DNA from: Vicugna vicugna
Lineage: Eukaryota
Assembly: GCA_013265495.1 (NCBI GenBank)
Contig: MU060807.1
Span: 428,921-492,920 of the forward strand
Length of the DNA: 64,000 nucleotides
Direction: 5' to 3'
The notes under the pieces are model-generated. The model searched no databases. It was not told the origin of the DNA and worked only from the letters and a program-made list of their open reading frames with translations. Below, piece after piece: positions 49,401-61,400 of this stretch. A program made the position numbers and the translations under genes. Numbering within the stretch: position 1 is the first letter of the stretch; each line of letters opens with the position of its first letter.

Positions 49401-52400
49401 GCTTTGGAGCGTGTTATGTTTGGCCCCTGCCACCCTGCCCAGGGCTCAGCTAAGGACTAGGGTTTTTTTTAATGGAGGTGCTGGGGAGTGAAGCCAGGAC
49501 CTCACGCATGCTGAGCACGTGCTCTACCCCTGAGCTGTGCCCTCCCCTCGGGACTGGGATTTGAAGTGTGTGTGGCCAGGCCCCCGGGGTTCTGGGCCGT
49601 GGACAGGGAAGGGGTTCTGATAAAAATTTTGGTAAGCATTTGAGGTGTGCCGCTGCTGACAGAGACTTAGTGAATCACAGAAGAAAGTACAATGTCCATT
49701 TGTGGTCTGGAAATTTAAAAAAATGTTTTACGATTATTAGTACAACATTTGCCCGAGTGTGGAGAACTTGGAAAATCCAAAAATTCATCTGATTGTTCAA
49801 GCCACTCTTGAAATGACAAAATCATAGAACTGGAGCACAGGTGGGTGGCTGTCCAGGTAGGGTGTGGTGAGTGCAGATACAAAGGGCAGGCAGTTCCTTC
49901 TGATGATGGGCCACGGTTACAAGAATCTATACGTAAGATAAAATTACCTAGGACTCCACACACCCAAGACGCATGCACACACACGTATGCATGGATCCAG
50001 CTTACAGCAAAGGGTGAAGACAGACAGGTTCTGCCCGATGTTAGCACCGACGCCGGTCGCCTGGCTTGGCTACTGAACCACGGCTGTATAAGATGCCGCC
50101 CCCGGAGGCGGCTGGGGGCGGGGAAGGCACACAGGACTCTGTGCTTTTTTTTGCAACTCTCCGTTGAGTCTGTAACTATTTTACAATGGAGAGTTCAGAA
50201 AAGAACAGGAAAAGGAATGGTCCTCGGCCTTCACCTGTGCAGGAACTGCCGGAGCAGTGGACGAACACCAAGAAGCTGGCCATCCAGGTGAAGCAGAACG
50301 TGGCGCCCCTGCAGGCCAATGAGGTCAGCATCCTGAGGAGGAAGTGCCAGCAGTTCGAGGTAAGGCGGGGCTGGGGCGGGGCTGGNNNNNNNNNNNNNNN
50401 NNNNNNNNNNNNNNNNNNNNNNNNNNNNNNNNNNNNNNNNNNNNNNTGGGGCAAGGGCGGGGCTCTGGTGGGGCGGGGCTTGGGGACACATCCTCCCAGA
50501 CCCACTGGGACGCTGACAGTCTCTGCCCCTGTCTCTCCCGCAGCTCAAGCAGCACGAGTTCAGAGAGAAGTTCAGACAAGAAGCCCCATTCAGCTTCAGT
50601 GACCCCGACCCCTACAAGTCCCTGAATAAGGTATTCTTGCCCAGAGATGAGAGGGCATAGTCACTGTGGGGACCCTGACGCCTTCTGATCTTTTCTCAAG
50701 CTGTCATCTTTGTGAGTCCAGAGACAGGCCCGGTGGGACCGGCCTCGGGGCTGTGCACATGTGTGCATGCGTGTGTGTGTGAGTGTGCACGTACATGTCA
50801 ACTAGGGCATCCCACGTGGTCTCTGTCCAGGCCCACAGCCCACCGCATCTGAATATCCTGTAAGCTCACAAGCCCACCTTGCCGCTCGGCCCCCTCCCTC
50901 TCCAAGGACCCCATCCTGTTCACAATCTGCAGTTGGCTGTCCCCCAGGGTTTGCACTCACCCTCCTCCCTGACCTGCTATGCTCAGCTGGCGGACAAGCC
51001 TCACCTGTGTCCGCTTGGTGCTCACTGCCCAAGTCCACACCCAGGACCCCCCTCTGCAAGTGTACTGACATGGTTCAGGCTGAATCTTTTTCCACCTCCT
51101 CTTTGCTGCTTTTCCCTCTAATTTTTCCCTAATTTTCAAGGCAATTCAGCATTACTTATATAAATTTTAATACAATAAAAAATATATATATAGTGACAAA
51201 ATTAGGGAAATTCTGGGAAGTCGGGAAATCTGGCACTGATACAACGTCCATTAAGAGTCAGTCCTCACACCTGCACTCAGAGATGAGCCGCCTTCCCATA
51301 AGATGAGAAGCCAGGCAGGGAGGGCGCTACTCTCCGGGTGGGAAGTTTGCTGTCATCTTCTGTACTCGGGGTTGGAGGACAGTGTGTCGATGGCTCTGAG
51401 GTTTACTAGGACGTGGCGGGGTGGGAGGCTGGGAAGGCTCCACCGAGCGTGGGCAGCCTGTTCACCGGCTTCCTCTTCATTCCCCTGCAGCAACAAAAGA
51501 GCATCGCGGCCATGGAAGGCATCATGGAGGCGCTGTGCAAGTCCGGGAGCCTGTTTGAAGTCACCATCCCAGACTACAAGCAGCTCAAGGCTTGTCACAA
51601 AGAGGTCCGCCTGCTGAAGGAGCTCTGGGACATGATCATCATGGTGAGAGAGGCGGCAAGGGGCCTCGGGGGACTGGGAGTGGGGCGGGTCAACGCCAAG
51701 GGTGCCCAGGGTCGGGGTGGGGCGCTCTGCAGGCACGGCTCCCAGCACCAAGAGGGGATGCTCCCGGGATCCTGTGGTGACAGCCACTTTGATGGGGGCA
51801 CCCCTTCTTCTAGAACAAGGGGGTGGGAAGCATCACTCTTTGCGGTATCCAGGCTTTGTGGGTCGACGGTGCGCGCCTGTTAGCGTAGTCTCTCCCCTGG
51901 GCTCCTGTTTTCAAAGATATTTCAGTTCTTCTGGCTTATGCTCTTGAATGAACTTCAGAACCTCTGTCAATTCCTCCTCCCCTCCACAAGAAAGCTCTTC
52001 GGACAGTAAAGAGAACTCAGTCTCCTCGGTGAGCTCGTCTGGGGAGAATCGCCCTGTGGGCAGTATTCAGTGTCCCCGCCCAGAGCAGGCTCTGCCTCTT
52101 CCTGGATTTTATTTTTCATTACATCATAGTAAACTATTGTAAATGTCTTCATTCTGACCATGCGAGTCTACCTATTTCTCACCTGGTCGGGGGGAGTCTT
52201 TGGAGCCACAGGCTGCATCCCAGCCACCCCTGGAGAGAGAGAACCAGTCGAAGCCTCTTGATATCTTTTTCCCCCTGCAGTTGACTGAATTCACATCTCC
52301 TGAATAGGAGGGACATTACAGAAACACAGTCGGTGAACTCGGAGTAGGACTTTCCCCTTGATGAACCCCAGAATACAGGTTACCGTTCCCAGGAGACAAG

Positions 52401-55400
52401 TGTTTACAGTCAGGGTGTTTCAAGAAGAATTCTCCAAAACAAGCTAGCCAAGACATTTTTGTGATAACAAGTTCCAGAAGCAACTTAAAGCTACCAGAAA
52501 GGGCCATGATTCCTGTGGCGATTTCCAGATCCAGTCTTGGGGATCTTCAAGATAAATCTCTCGTGAATGTCCCAACTGCTTGTCTTCATCTGACTTGGGT
52601 GTCTGTCAAGGCCGGGCCTTTCCTCAAGCCCGTGTCAACCACCTCTCATTCCCCCTCAGACTAGCCCTTCCAGCTTCACAGCCATTTTCAGCCCACATGG
52701 GATTAAAGACCACAGCTTCATGGTGTTCTTGGCACCCCTGATGGCGTTGCCCCCAGTGGTTCCTGTGCCTTGTTTCATCCTGTTGTGAAATTTCTTCTGG
52801 CATATTTTTATCAGTCGGTATAAGCTAGGTTACTCTGCAGTAACAAACAACCCTAAAAAAAAAATCTCTGATTCATTAGCCAAAAAAACATATCTCTGGT
52901 TCATGCAAAGTCCACACTCCTGTTCCAAGAAGCCCTTGAGCAATCCAACACGTGCTTCCATGATAGGCAAGGCAGGCGAAGGGAACCGTGGGTCGAGCAT
53001 TAGGCAGTTAAATGCTTCTACCCCATAGTGTCAGGTGTCACTCACTTTTCACCGGTTGAGGCAAGTTCCATGACACCAAGAAACTGGGTCCTGCTGGGCC
53101 GTGAGAAGGCCCACGTTTTTCCAGAATCTGTCTTAACTGCTGATTTTCAAGTTGAGTCCTTTGTGATACAACTGTTTCTTTTCTTTCCCTTGCATCCACC
53201 CACTTTACCAAACTCTGTTATTGGTTCTCAATACTCCTCACTGGATTTTGCTCCCCGAGAGCAGTGGTGGGAAAGTAACCCAGGTGCCTCCCCAAACTGT
53301 CCCCAACAAGAGGAGACAGCGGGTGTCCCCATCACAGGTCAACACCAGCATCGATGGCTGGAAGACCACGAAGTGGAGGGACATCAACGTTGAGCAGATG
53401 GACATTGACTGTAAGAAGTTCGCCAAGGACGTGCGGTCCCTGGACAAGGAGATGAAGAGCTGGGACGCCTTCGTGGGGCTGGACAACACCGTGAAGAACA
53501 TGATCACGTCCCTGCGCGCCGTGAGTGAGCTGCAGAACCCCGCCATCCGCGACCGCCACTGGCAGCAGCTCATGCAGGCCACCCAGGTACTGCGCATGGC
53601 CGGGAGGAGGGCACGCTGCTCGGGCGCTTGCTGCGGGCGGGCGGGCCTGCCGCCCATGAAGCCGGGTGCTCCCCACGCCGTCCCACGGGGCTTCGGGGCG
53701 CTGGGTTGAATACTTTGGCGTCGTGAAATTCTTAATTTTTTAACAAAGGGCCCCACAATTTTCATTTTGCACTGGGCTCCACAAGTCATGCAGCCAGTTC
53801 TGGTTGTAGGGTGCACGTCCATGGGGCCCAGAAAGTTTGCCATAGATGAATAGCTCCCCGGGCCGACATGCATCCCAGAAGCACAGAATCCTAGCAGCCA
53901 AATTTCCCAAATTTTCTGTATACAAAATAGATAAACAACAGATCCTACCGTACAGTAGAGGGAACTGCAGTCAGCACTTCACAACAGCCTGTAACGAAAA
54001 AGAATATGAAAAGGAATATATATATACATAAGTATGACTGAATCACTACGCTGTCCCCAGAAATTAGCACAACACGACAAGCCACCTATGCTTCAATTAT
54101 AAAAAAAATTTTTTGAGTCCTCTGCTGAACGATTCCTCTGCAGAGGCTCCACATAGATGCCAGGGATGCGGGGACAGCAAACACGGGCCCTGCTCTCAGG
54201 GAAGCGAAGGAAGAGGGAACAGCACGGGCCGTGTTACTGGGAGTGCCGGGCAGGGCGTTCGGAGCTGGTTCCAAAGGCACAGTGGGTGCGGCCCCCGGCC
54301 AGGGGAGGAAGGAGCGGAGAGGCTTCAGGGGCACATGGAGTGTGGCTGGGCCCTGGGGGAGAGAAGCACAGACAAGCAGGGTTGTCCTGAGTACCTGAGT
54401 GCTGAGACCACGGGCCAGCAGACTCGTGTGCCCCGTCCAGGGGCCGGGAGAGACCCCGGGGGCGAGCAGTAAGCAGCTAAGGCGTCCCGGGAATCGGGCA
54501 CCGCCGAGGACTCAGTGAGACCTGGGGGGCGCGGGTTTTCCCAAACGTGGCAGAGAGACACTGGATGCCACCCATAGGTTAAACCAGTTTCCATGGTGGG
54601 CTCGGGACCCAGGCTAGGATGTGTCTGTCTACATGTCAGCAAGAGGGATCTGAGGACTCCGTGCACGGAGCTGGTGTTGTTACTAGAGTAATGGTACCTG
54701 TGACTTGGTGGCACCTGTCACGAGCGCAGCAGCCGCCTGAGGGGGTTGGTCGGGCCCTGCGGCTGCAGCAGCAAAGCCCACGGGCCGGGGGCTTAAACCC
54801 ACAGAAACGTATTCCTTCTTGGCCCTGGAGGCCAGAAGTCTAAAATCAAGGTGTCGGCAGGGCTGCGGTCCCTCTGACCCAGTCCAGCTTCCAGTGGCCA
54901 CAGGCGGGCCTTGGCTTGGGGCCACATCCCTCCGGTCCCTGCCTCTGTGGGCACGTGGCCTCTTTGCATTTCAAATCTCCCTTTCCTTTCTCTTCTAAGA
55001 ACTCCCCGTCATCGGATTTAGGCCCCATGCAGTTGACCCGGGATGATGTCATCTCACGATCCCTAACTGCTGCAGAGGCTCTGGTTCCAAATCGGGTCAT
55101 GTTCTGAGGTCCAGGCGGACGTGAACTTGTGGTGGGGGGTGGACACTTTTCAACCCACTACAAGAGGGCTCTGCGCTCACACACTTCCACAGGGAGGAGA
55201 GGAAAGGCTTGGCGAAGTGACCCGCCCAAGTCACGGAGCCCACCTGCCCCCTCTGCAGCCTGGGCCGCTCGCTCACCTGCCTCTCCGTGAAGGACAGAGG
55301 CGTCGCTCCCCTGGAGAACAGGTGACCTGTTGCTGCGGAAGGTGCCTGTTTCTTTCCCCGTAGGTGAAATTTGAAATGTCCGAGGAGACCACCCTGGCGG

Positions 55401-58400
55401 ATTTTCTCCGGCTGAACCTACACAGATACGAGGACGAGGTCCGGAACATTGTCGACAAGGCCGTGAAGGAGTCCGGGATGGAGAAGGTAGCCCCTGTTGT
55501 CAGCGAAGTCCATTCTGGACGGGGCGATGCTGACTTGGACCCACCAACCCAACGTCCACAAGTGTCTCCTCTCCCCTGGGGTCCAGTGGTCATTTAACAT
55601 GAAGGCGAAGTTCGGTGGGCCTTTCCTTACCCAGCCTGTGACAGAACGTTTGTGAAATATTTCCAGAATTTATTAGTGGGGGGTGGGCAATTCCTGGCTA
55701 TAGCCATCTCCTGCACGCAGTCGTGTGTGCATGTGAAACCAGCCCGAACTCCCTTCCCCTTCCACGGAGCACCCTCGATGTGTGGTTTGTGGTCCAGGCT
55801 GCCTCTGCCTCTTTCTTCTGAGATGCTGAAGGAGGGAGGCGGGAGGGCTGGCCATCGGCCGGTACCCAGGGCTGCGTCAGGACACAGGGAAACCCTGGAG
55901 GACTCCTTTGCAATTCAGATCTCTCTCCTCTCCTGTTTTGTGAGTTTGGTCACATTTTGGCTGAAATTGGCACTTAAAAAAAAAAAGCCTTATTGAGCTA
56001 TAATTCACATACCATACCATTCACCTATTTAAAGCGTATCATTCAGTGTCTTAGCATATTTACAGATAGGCACCCCATGCCCTGTCAGTCAATTTTAGAA
56101 CATCTTCATTGCCTCAGAAAGAAACCTGTGCCCTCTAGCCATCACGGCCCCCTCCTATCTTCCCATGCCCCCTACCCCAGCTCTAGGCAACCACTAACCC
56201 ACTTTCTGTCTCTATCGGTTTACCTGTTCCAGCCGTTTTGTATAAAAGGCAACACAGTATGAGGGCTTCCTTCACTGCGCATGTTTTCAAGTTTCCTTCC
56301 TTCTGTAGCACCGTCTGTGCTTCATTCCTTTGTGTGGCCAAATAGCATTCCATTGTACGGACACGTCGTGCTTATCCACTCACCCGTTCACGGACCCTTG
56401 GGCTGCTTCCACCTGTCGGCCCTTATGAATAACGTTGGTGTGAACACTGGGGCTTTCTGAAAGCAGGGCTTCCTTCCACGTTTTAGGAAACCCTGGGTGC
56501 TTCTCCGCCCCTCAAGCCAGACGCTGTCTGACCTGAGTTCCGTCCCCCCGAAGGTGCTGAAAGCCCTGGACAGCACCTGGTCTGCCATGGAGTTTGAGCA
56601 CGAGCCGCACCCGCGGACCGGCACCATGATGCTCAAGTCGGACGAGGTGCTGGTGGAGACGCTGGAGGACAACCAGGTGCAGCTGCAGAACCTGATGACG
56701 TCCAAGTACCTGTCCCACTTCCTGCAGGAGGTGACGAGCTGGCAGCAGAAGCTGTCCACGGCGGACTCGGTCATCTCCATCTGGTTCGAGGTGCAGAGAA
56801 CGTGGAGCCACCTGGAGAGCATCTTCATCGGCTCGGAGGACATCCGCACCCAGCTGCCGGAGGACTCCAGGCGCTTCGACGACATCGACCTGGAGTTCAA
56901 GGTGAGCACAGTCCGCTCCCTCCTGCCTGGGCACCTTCAGAAACAGCGACGTTGGAGGCCACAGGGCTCTTCACGCCTCGGGGGTACCTCTCTCTTCCCA
57001 GGCCTTGATGGAAGATGCAGTGAAAACGCCCAATGTGATTGAAGCCACCAACAAACCTGGCCTCTACAACAAACTTGAGACCCTGAAGAAGAGGTGGGTC
57101 CCCACGCCTGTCCAGCAGAAGGACTTTGCTATGGCAGAAACTCGTGTCTTGTGCCCCCTGCTGGCTAGAATGGGGCAACTCCCCCCGCCCCCGGCCCCAT
57201 CCTGGGTTAACACGCCCCCTCCTGAGGCACTCGCCCTCCCTGGCCACATCCTGCCACACCAGCCACAGAGCAGGCCTTCAGCCTCAGAGGAGCAACAACC
57301 ACAGAGATTAAACTACACCCCATCCTCTCTAGGGACACCTGCAAGGTCAGGGGCTGCCAGAGAGCGAGCATGTGGGGCTGGCAGGTTTGAAGCACGCTGG
57401 GGCTATGGACAGACTGGGTGTCTCCGGGGCTGTCAGTCCAGCATGCGGGCAGGACGGTCTGGAAAAGACCCTCTGCAGAGCAGGACTCAGCAGCCTCGTC
57501 TCCTCCCTCCCCACAGCTTGGCCGTGTGCGAAAAGGCCTTGGCTGAATACTTAGAGACGAAAAGACTGGCTTTCCCAAGGTTCTACTTTGTCTCCTCGGC
57601 CGACCTCCTAGACATTCTGTCCAACGGGAATGACCCCGTGGAGGTAGGCGGGCCCCCGACATTCCGAAAACAGGCCGACTTCAGGTGCAAGCTCCAGCCT
57701 CCAGGCGGGCCATGCTTGGCCCTGTGTCTGGGTGGCCCTGGGATGTTGTCCGCAGATGTCCCTGTATGACCTCCACGGGGTCGTGTCGTCCACACCAGAA
57801 GCCACCCAGGAGCCGTGACAGAAAGACCGGGCCTGGCCCCGGATCCTGCCCTCACCCTCCTGACCCTCATCTTCGTCCTCTGCGAAACGGGGTGGATGCC
57901 AGGGGCTTAGGGACACGCTGTTTCGCAATGACACGCCGACTCACGAGGTCGCCACCTGGCCCACCCCAATAAATCCCAGGCGCCGGGAAGAAAAGAAGAG
58001 AAGTTCCTCTGAGGCTCCTGTTCTGAAGGAGAGAAGGAGAAACGACTGTGTTTTATTTTAAGCATGAAGTTGCGGACGCACAAGGAGGGGGCTGCAAGGG
58101 TGGCCTGCACTTTAGGGTCTGAGTGCGCGACTCAGGGACAGAGCCTCCTCAAGGAGAGAAATCTTCAGGAACTGGGGTTTGTCTCTAGGGTGCTGGCTTC
58201 TGGTCCTGCCTGAGAGCAGTGTTTGCTTCTTCCCTTTGTTGCTTAAGCATGTTTAGTTAATGTTAATCAGAAAAGGGGTGGGGTCTGAGCCAAAAAAAAA
58301 AAAAGTTTGAAACTGCCAAGGATAACTCGGGCTGCATGCATCCCCCTTCAAACCCCCTTGGTTGCAAAATGAGGTGATTTTCCCTACCACCCCCTCAACC

Positions 58401-61400
58401 CAGGTGAGCCGCCACCTGTCCAAGCTCTTCGACAGCCTGTGCAAGCTGAAGTTCCAGCTCGACACCTCCGGGCAGCCGCTGAAGTCCGGCCTGGGCATGT
58501 ACAGCAAGGAGGACGAGTACGTGGACTTTGATCAGGAGTGTGACCTCTCGGGGCAGGTGAGTGTGTGCAAGTCCCAGGGCGAAGGGACGGAGGCCCCACT
58601 GCTACCCAGGATGACAGGGCCGCGTGCGTTTGGGCCCTGTGGCCTCGGACAGGACCGTCCCTCTCTCCTCTGCCTCTCAGAACAAATGCTTGAAGAAGGT
58701 CTTCATAGAATTTCCAGCACAGCCTTGCTCACATAGTATGCGGTGTGTCTTGAAACAAATAAAGAAGAGAAAGGAGGGGAGGGAGGGGGAGTGGGGATGG
58801 ACGGAGAGGTTTACTAATGCCGGTGAAACTATATTATCATTAATGCCAAGGGGACTGCTTAGAAGGGGGCCACGCACACCTGAACTGCCAGGTTCTAATC
58901 CCTGTTCAGTATTATTGCCTTATCGCTTTGATTTAGGGGCCCGCTTCCCTTGGGCAGCCCCGATCCCATTTCCAGCTTCCCCAGCCCAGGAGGCTGACGG
59001 CAAGCTTCCTGGCTGCCCTCTGCCCTCTGCCCGTCTCATTGGCCAAGTACTGATCAAGCACCCGAATCGATCTTGATATTAGCCTAAGCAAAACAGAATT
59101 CAGAGGTAAGTCAGCTTGGGAGGGAGAAAGTCTCGCGTGAGAACACCTGAGCTTCCACAGCCCGACTGCGGAGCACCCGGCCCGGCGGGGCTGGCGGGGC
59201 AGTGACAGGCCTCATCCGTCAGTTTGTTCAGATTCGTTTCACACACTTAACTCCTTGCGGACACAACAACGAACTCCAGTGAGCTGCACCTGCACTGGGG
59301 TTGTTCTGAACAAGAGAACCGACCCGACTGGCCCGTTTGGGTATTTCCCCCCAAGCAGGGGTCAGGTGAAGGTTCATAGTTTAAAGTACACACAAGGCTT
59401 GTTGACAGGTTTGTCATCATGACGATCTCAGCCCCTGAGATGATGCACTTGAGGGGCAAGTGGGGGTCCACCAATCAGAACCCACCGGGGACACGGGGCG
59501 GCGGGGCCCGGGGTACGGATGCCGAGGCTCCAAACATGGGCACCACATGGGGGGCTCGGACGTAGAGTCTCCTCTGGAGTTTCCTCTGAATCTCCCTCCC
59601 TTTTCTGTTTAGAAAGTTACTGAGCACAGACGCGCAGGGCAGCTCGTTCTGCGGGGTAGAGCCAGGCTTCCTGACCCCATCTGTCAAGTGGGTCTTTCGC
59701 CCTGCTCCACGAAGCTTGGCATCTCTACCCCCGGGATGACTGTGGTGGTGATGACAAACAGTCATTGATTGAAATGACAAAGCAAGCTGTCGGGACCAGG
59801 TGTGCTCACGGCCTCTCTGGTCCACGTGGCTCCATCCCCAGGTGGAAGTCTGGCTGAACCGGGTCCTGGACCGAATGTGCGCCACCCTGCGGCACGAGAT
59901 CCCGGAAGCCGTGGTGACATACGAGGAGAAGCCGAGGGAGCAGTGGATCTTTGACTACCCCGCGCAGGTCAGGGGCCTGGGTGGACGGCGCTCCCCGGTC
60001 CCGGGTTAACCATGGTTCAGCGGAGAACAGCCACCTTACTGGTGTGAACTCTTCCGCCGGACAGAGGGCGATGCTCACATGGGGGCACCTGGGGGACCCC
60101 CTCTGTTTTCAGATCGCCCTCACGTGCACCCAGATCTGGTGGACCACCGAGGTGGGCCTGGCGTTTTCGAGGCTGGAGGAAGGATATGAAAACGCCATCA
60201 AAGATTACAACAAGAAGCAGGTGCGTGGGCCCATGTCCGCCCGAAGACCTGCCTCCGTGGCCTCAGCTCGTGCAGCTGCCGGTTCTCGGTCACAAGCAGC
60301 CACACGTTGGCACCCCCCACTACCGCCTGCAAACGATTGTTCTGCCCGAGAGTAACCCCTTTAGAAAAATGTGGCCTTAATTTCTCCTTTTTAGTTTAAT
60401 TTTTAGAAAGATTCTTGGCTACAAATTAAGAAACTAAAGATAAATGTTTAAAACAAAAGGGGAAGCTGCACAAAACCTCACCACCCAGATAGAACCGCTG
60501 TGGACAAATTCTCATCTAACCTTCCAGTCCTTTGTGTGCATATAATTGATTCCTAGGTGAAAAGAAACTATCCACGTGCTTTAAAATCCTGCCTTCACTT
60601 GGTCTTCCAGGGCATCAGAATTTCTTCTTCACCATTTTTAGTGGCTCCCTGGTATTCCGTCAGGGCCCTGTTGCACAGCTCTCCCCACCTCCAGCTAGGG
60701 GATACCGAGACCCTCTGTGTTTCACGGTTGTGAACAAGAGTGCCAGGGGTCTTCCCTACCCAACCGAGAGCCCCCGGGGGGGACTGCCCAGCCCGGAGGC
60801 CACCCTGTGGGCGGTGTCCCAGCCGAGGCGCCTTTGCTTCTGCAGATCAGCCAGCTGAACGCCCTCATCACCCTGCTCATTGGAAACCTCAGCGCCGGGG
60901 ACAGGATGAAAATCATGACCGTCTGCACCATCGACGTCCACGCCCGGGATGTGGTCGCCAAGATGATCACGGCTAAGGCACGCGCTCCGGGGAGGGGCCG
61001 GGAGCCAGGGTCGTTACTGCTGCTTCCTGAGTGGCGGGGAGGGACACTGTTCCTGGCAGCGGCAGCCCCCCTCACCCCACATCATCCCGTAGTCTCACCC
61101 CTGGTAAGTGATCAGACCAGCAGCCCGATTAGGAGTGCCCGCTGTTCGGGTGAAGTGGGCGCTGCGGGAGGAGAGGGAGCCGGGGCGCACCCCCGGGGTC
61201 AGGTCCAGCCTGGCAGCCAGCGGGCCTTCTCCCTGCAGGTGGAGAGCGCCCAGGCCTTCACCTGGCAGTCCCAGCTGCGGCACCGCTGGGACGAGGAGAG
61301 GAGGCACTGCTTCGCCAACATCTGTGACGCCCAGATCCAGTACTCATACGAGTACCTGGGCAACACGCCGCGGCTCGTCATCACCCCGCTCACCGACAGG

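Noticed and set aside
9079-49547. tRNA-like A/B-box sequences read as tRNA genes
   Set aside because: All have the SINE tail, and several have poly-A or TSDs; none has a full cloverleaf.
31972-56934. Long - strand ORFs over exons (e.g. 31972-32493, 53238-53873, 56388-56909, 56512-56934)
   Set aside because: Antisense shadows of GC3-rich DNAH17 codons; they mirror exon positions and have no independent protein character.
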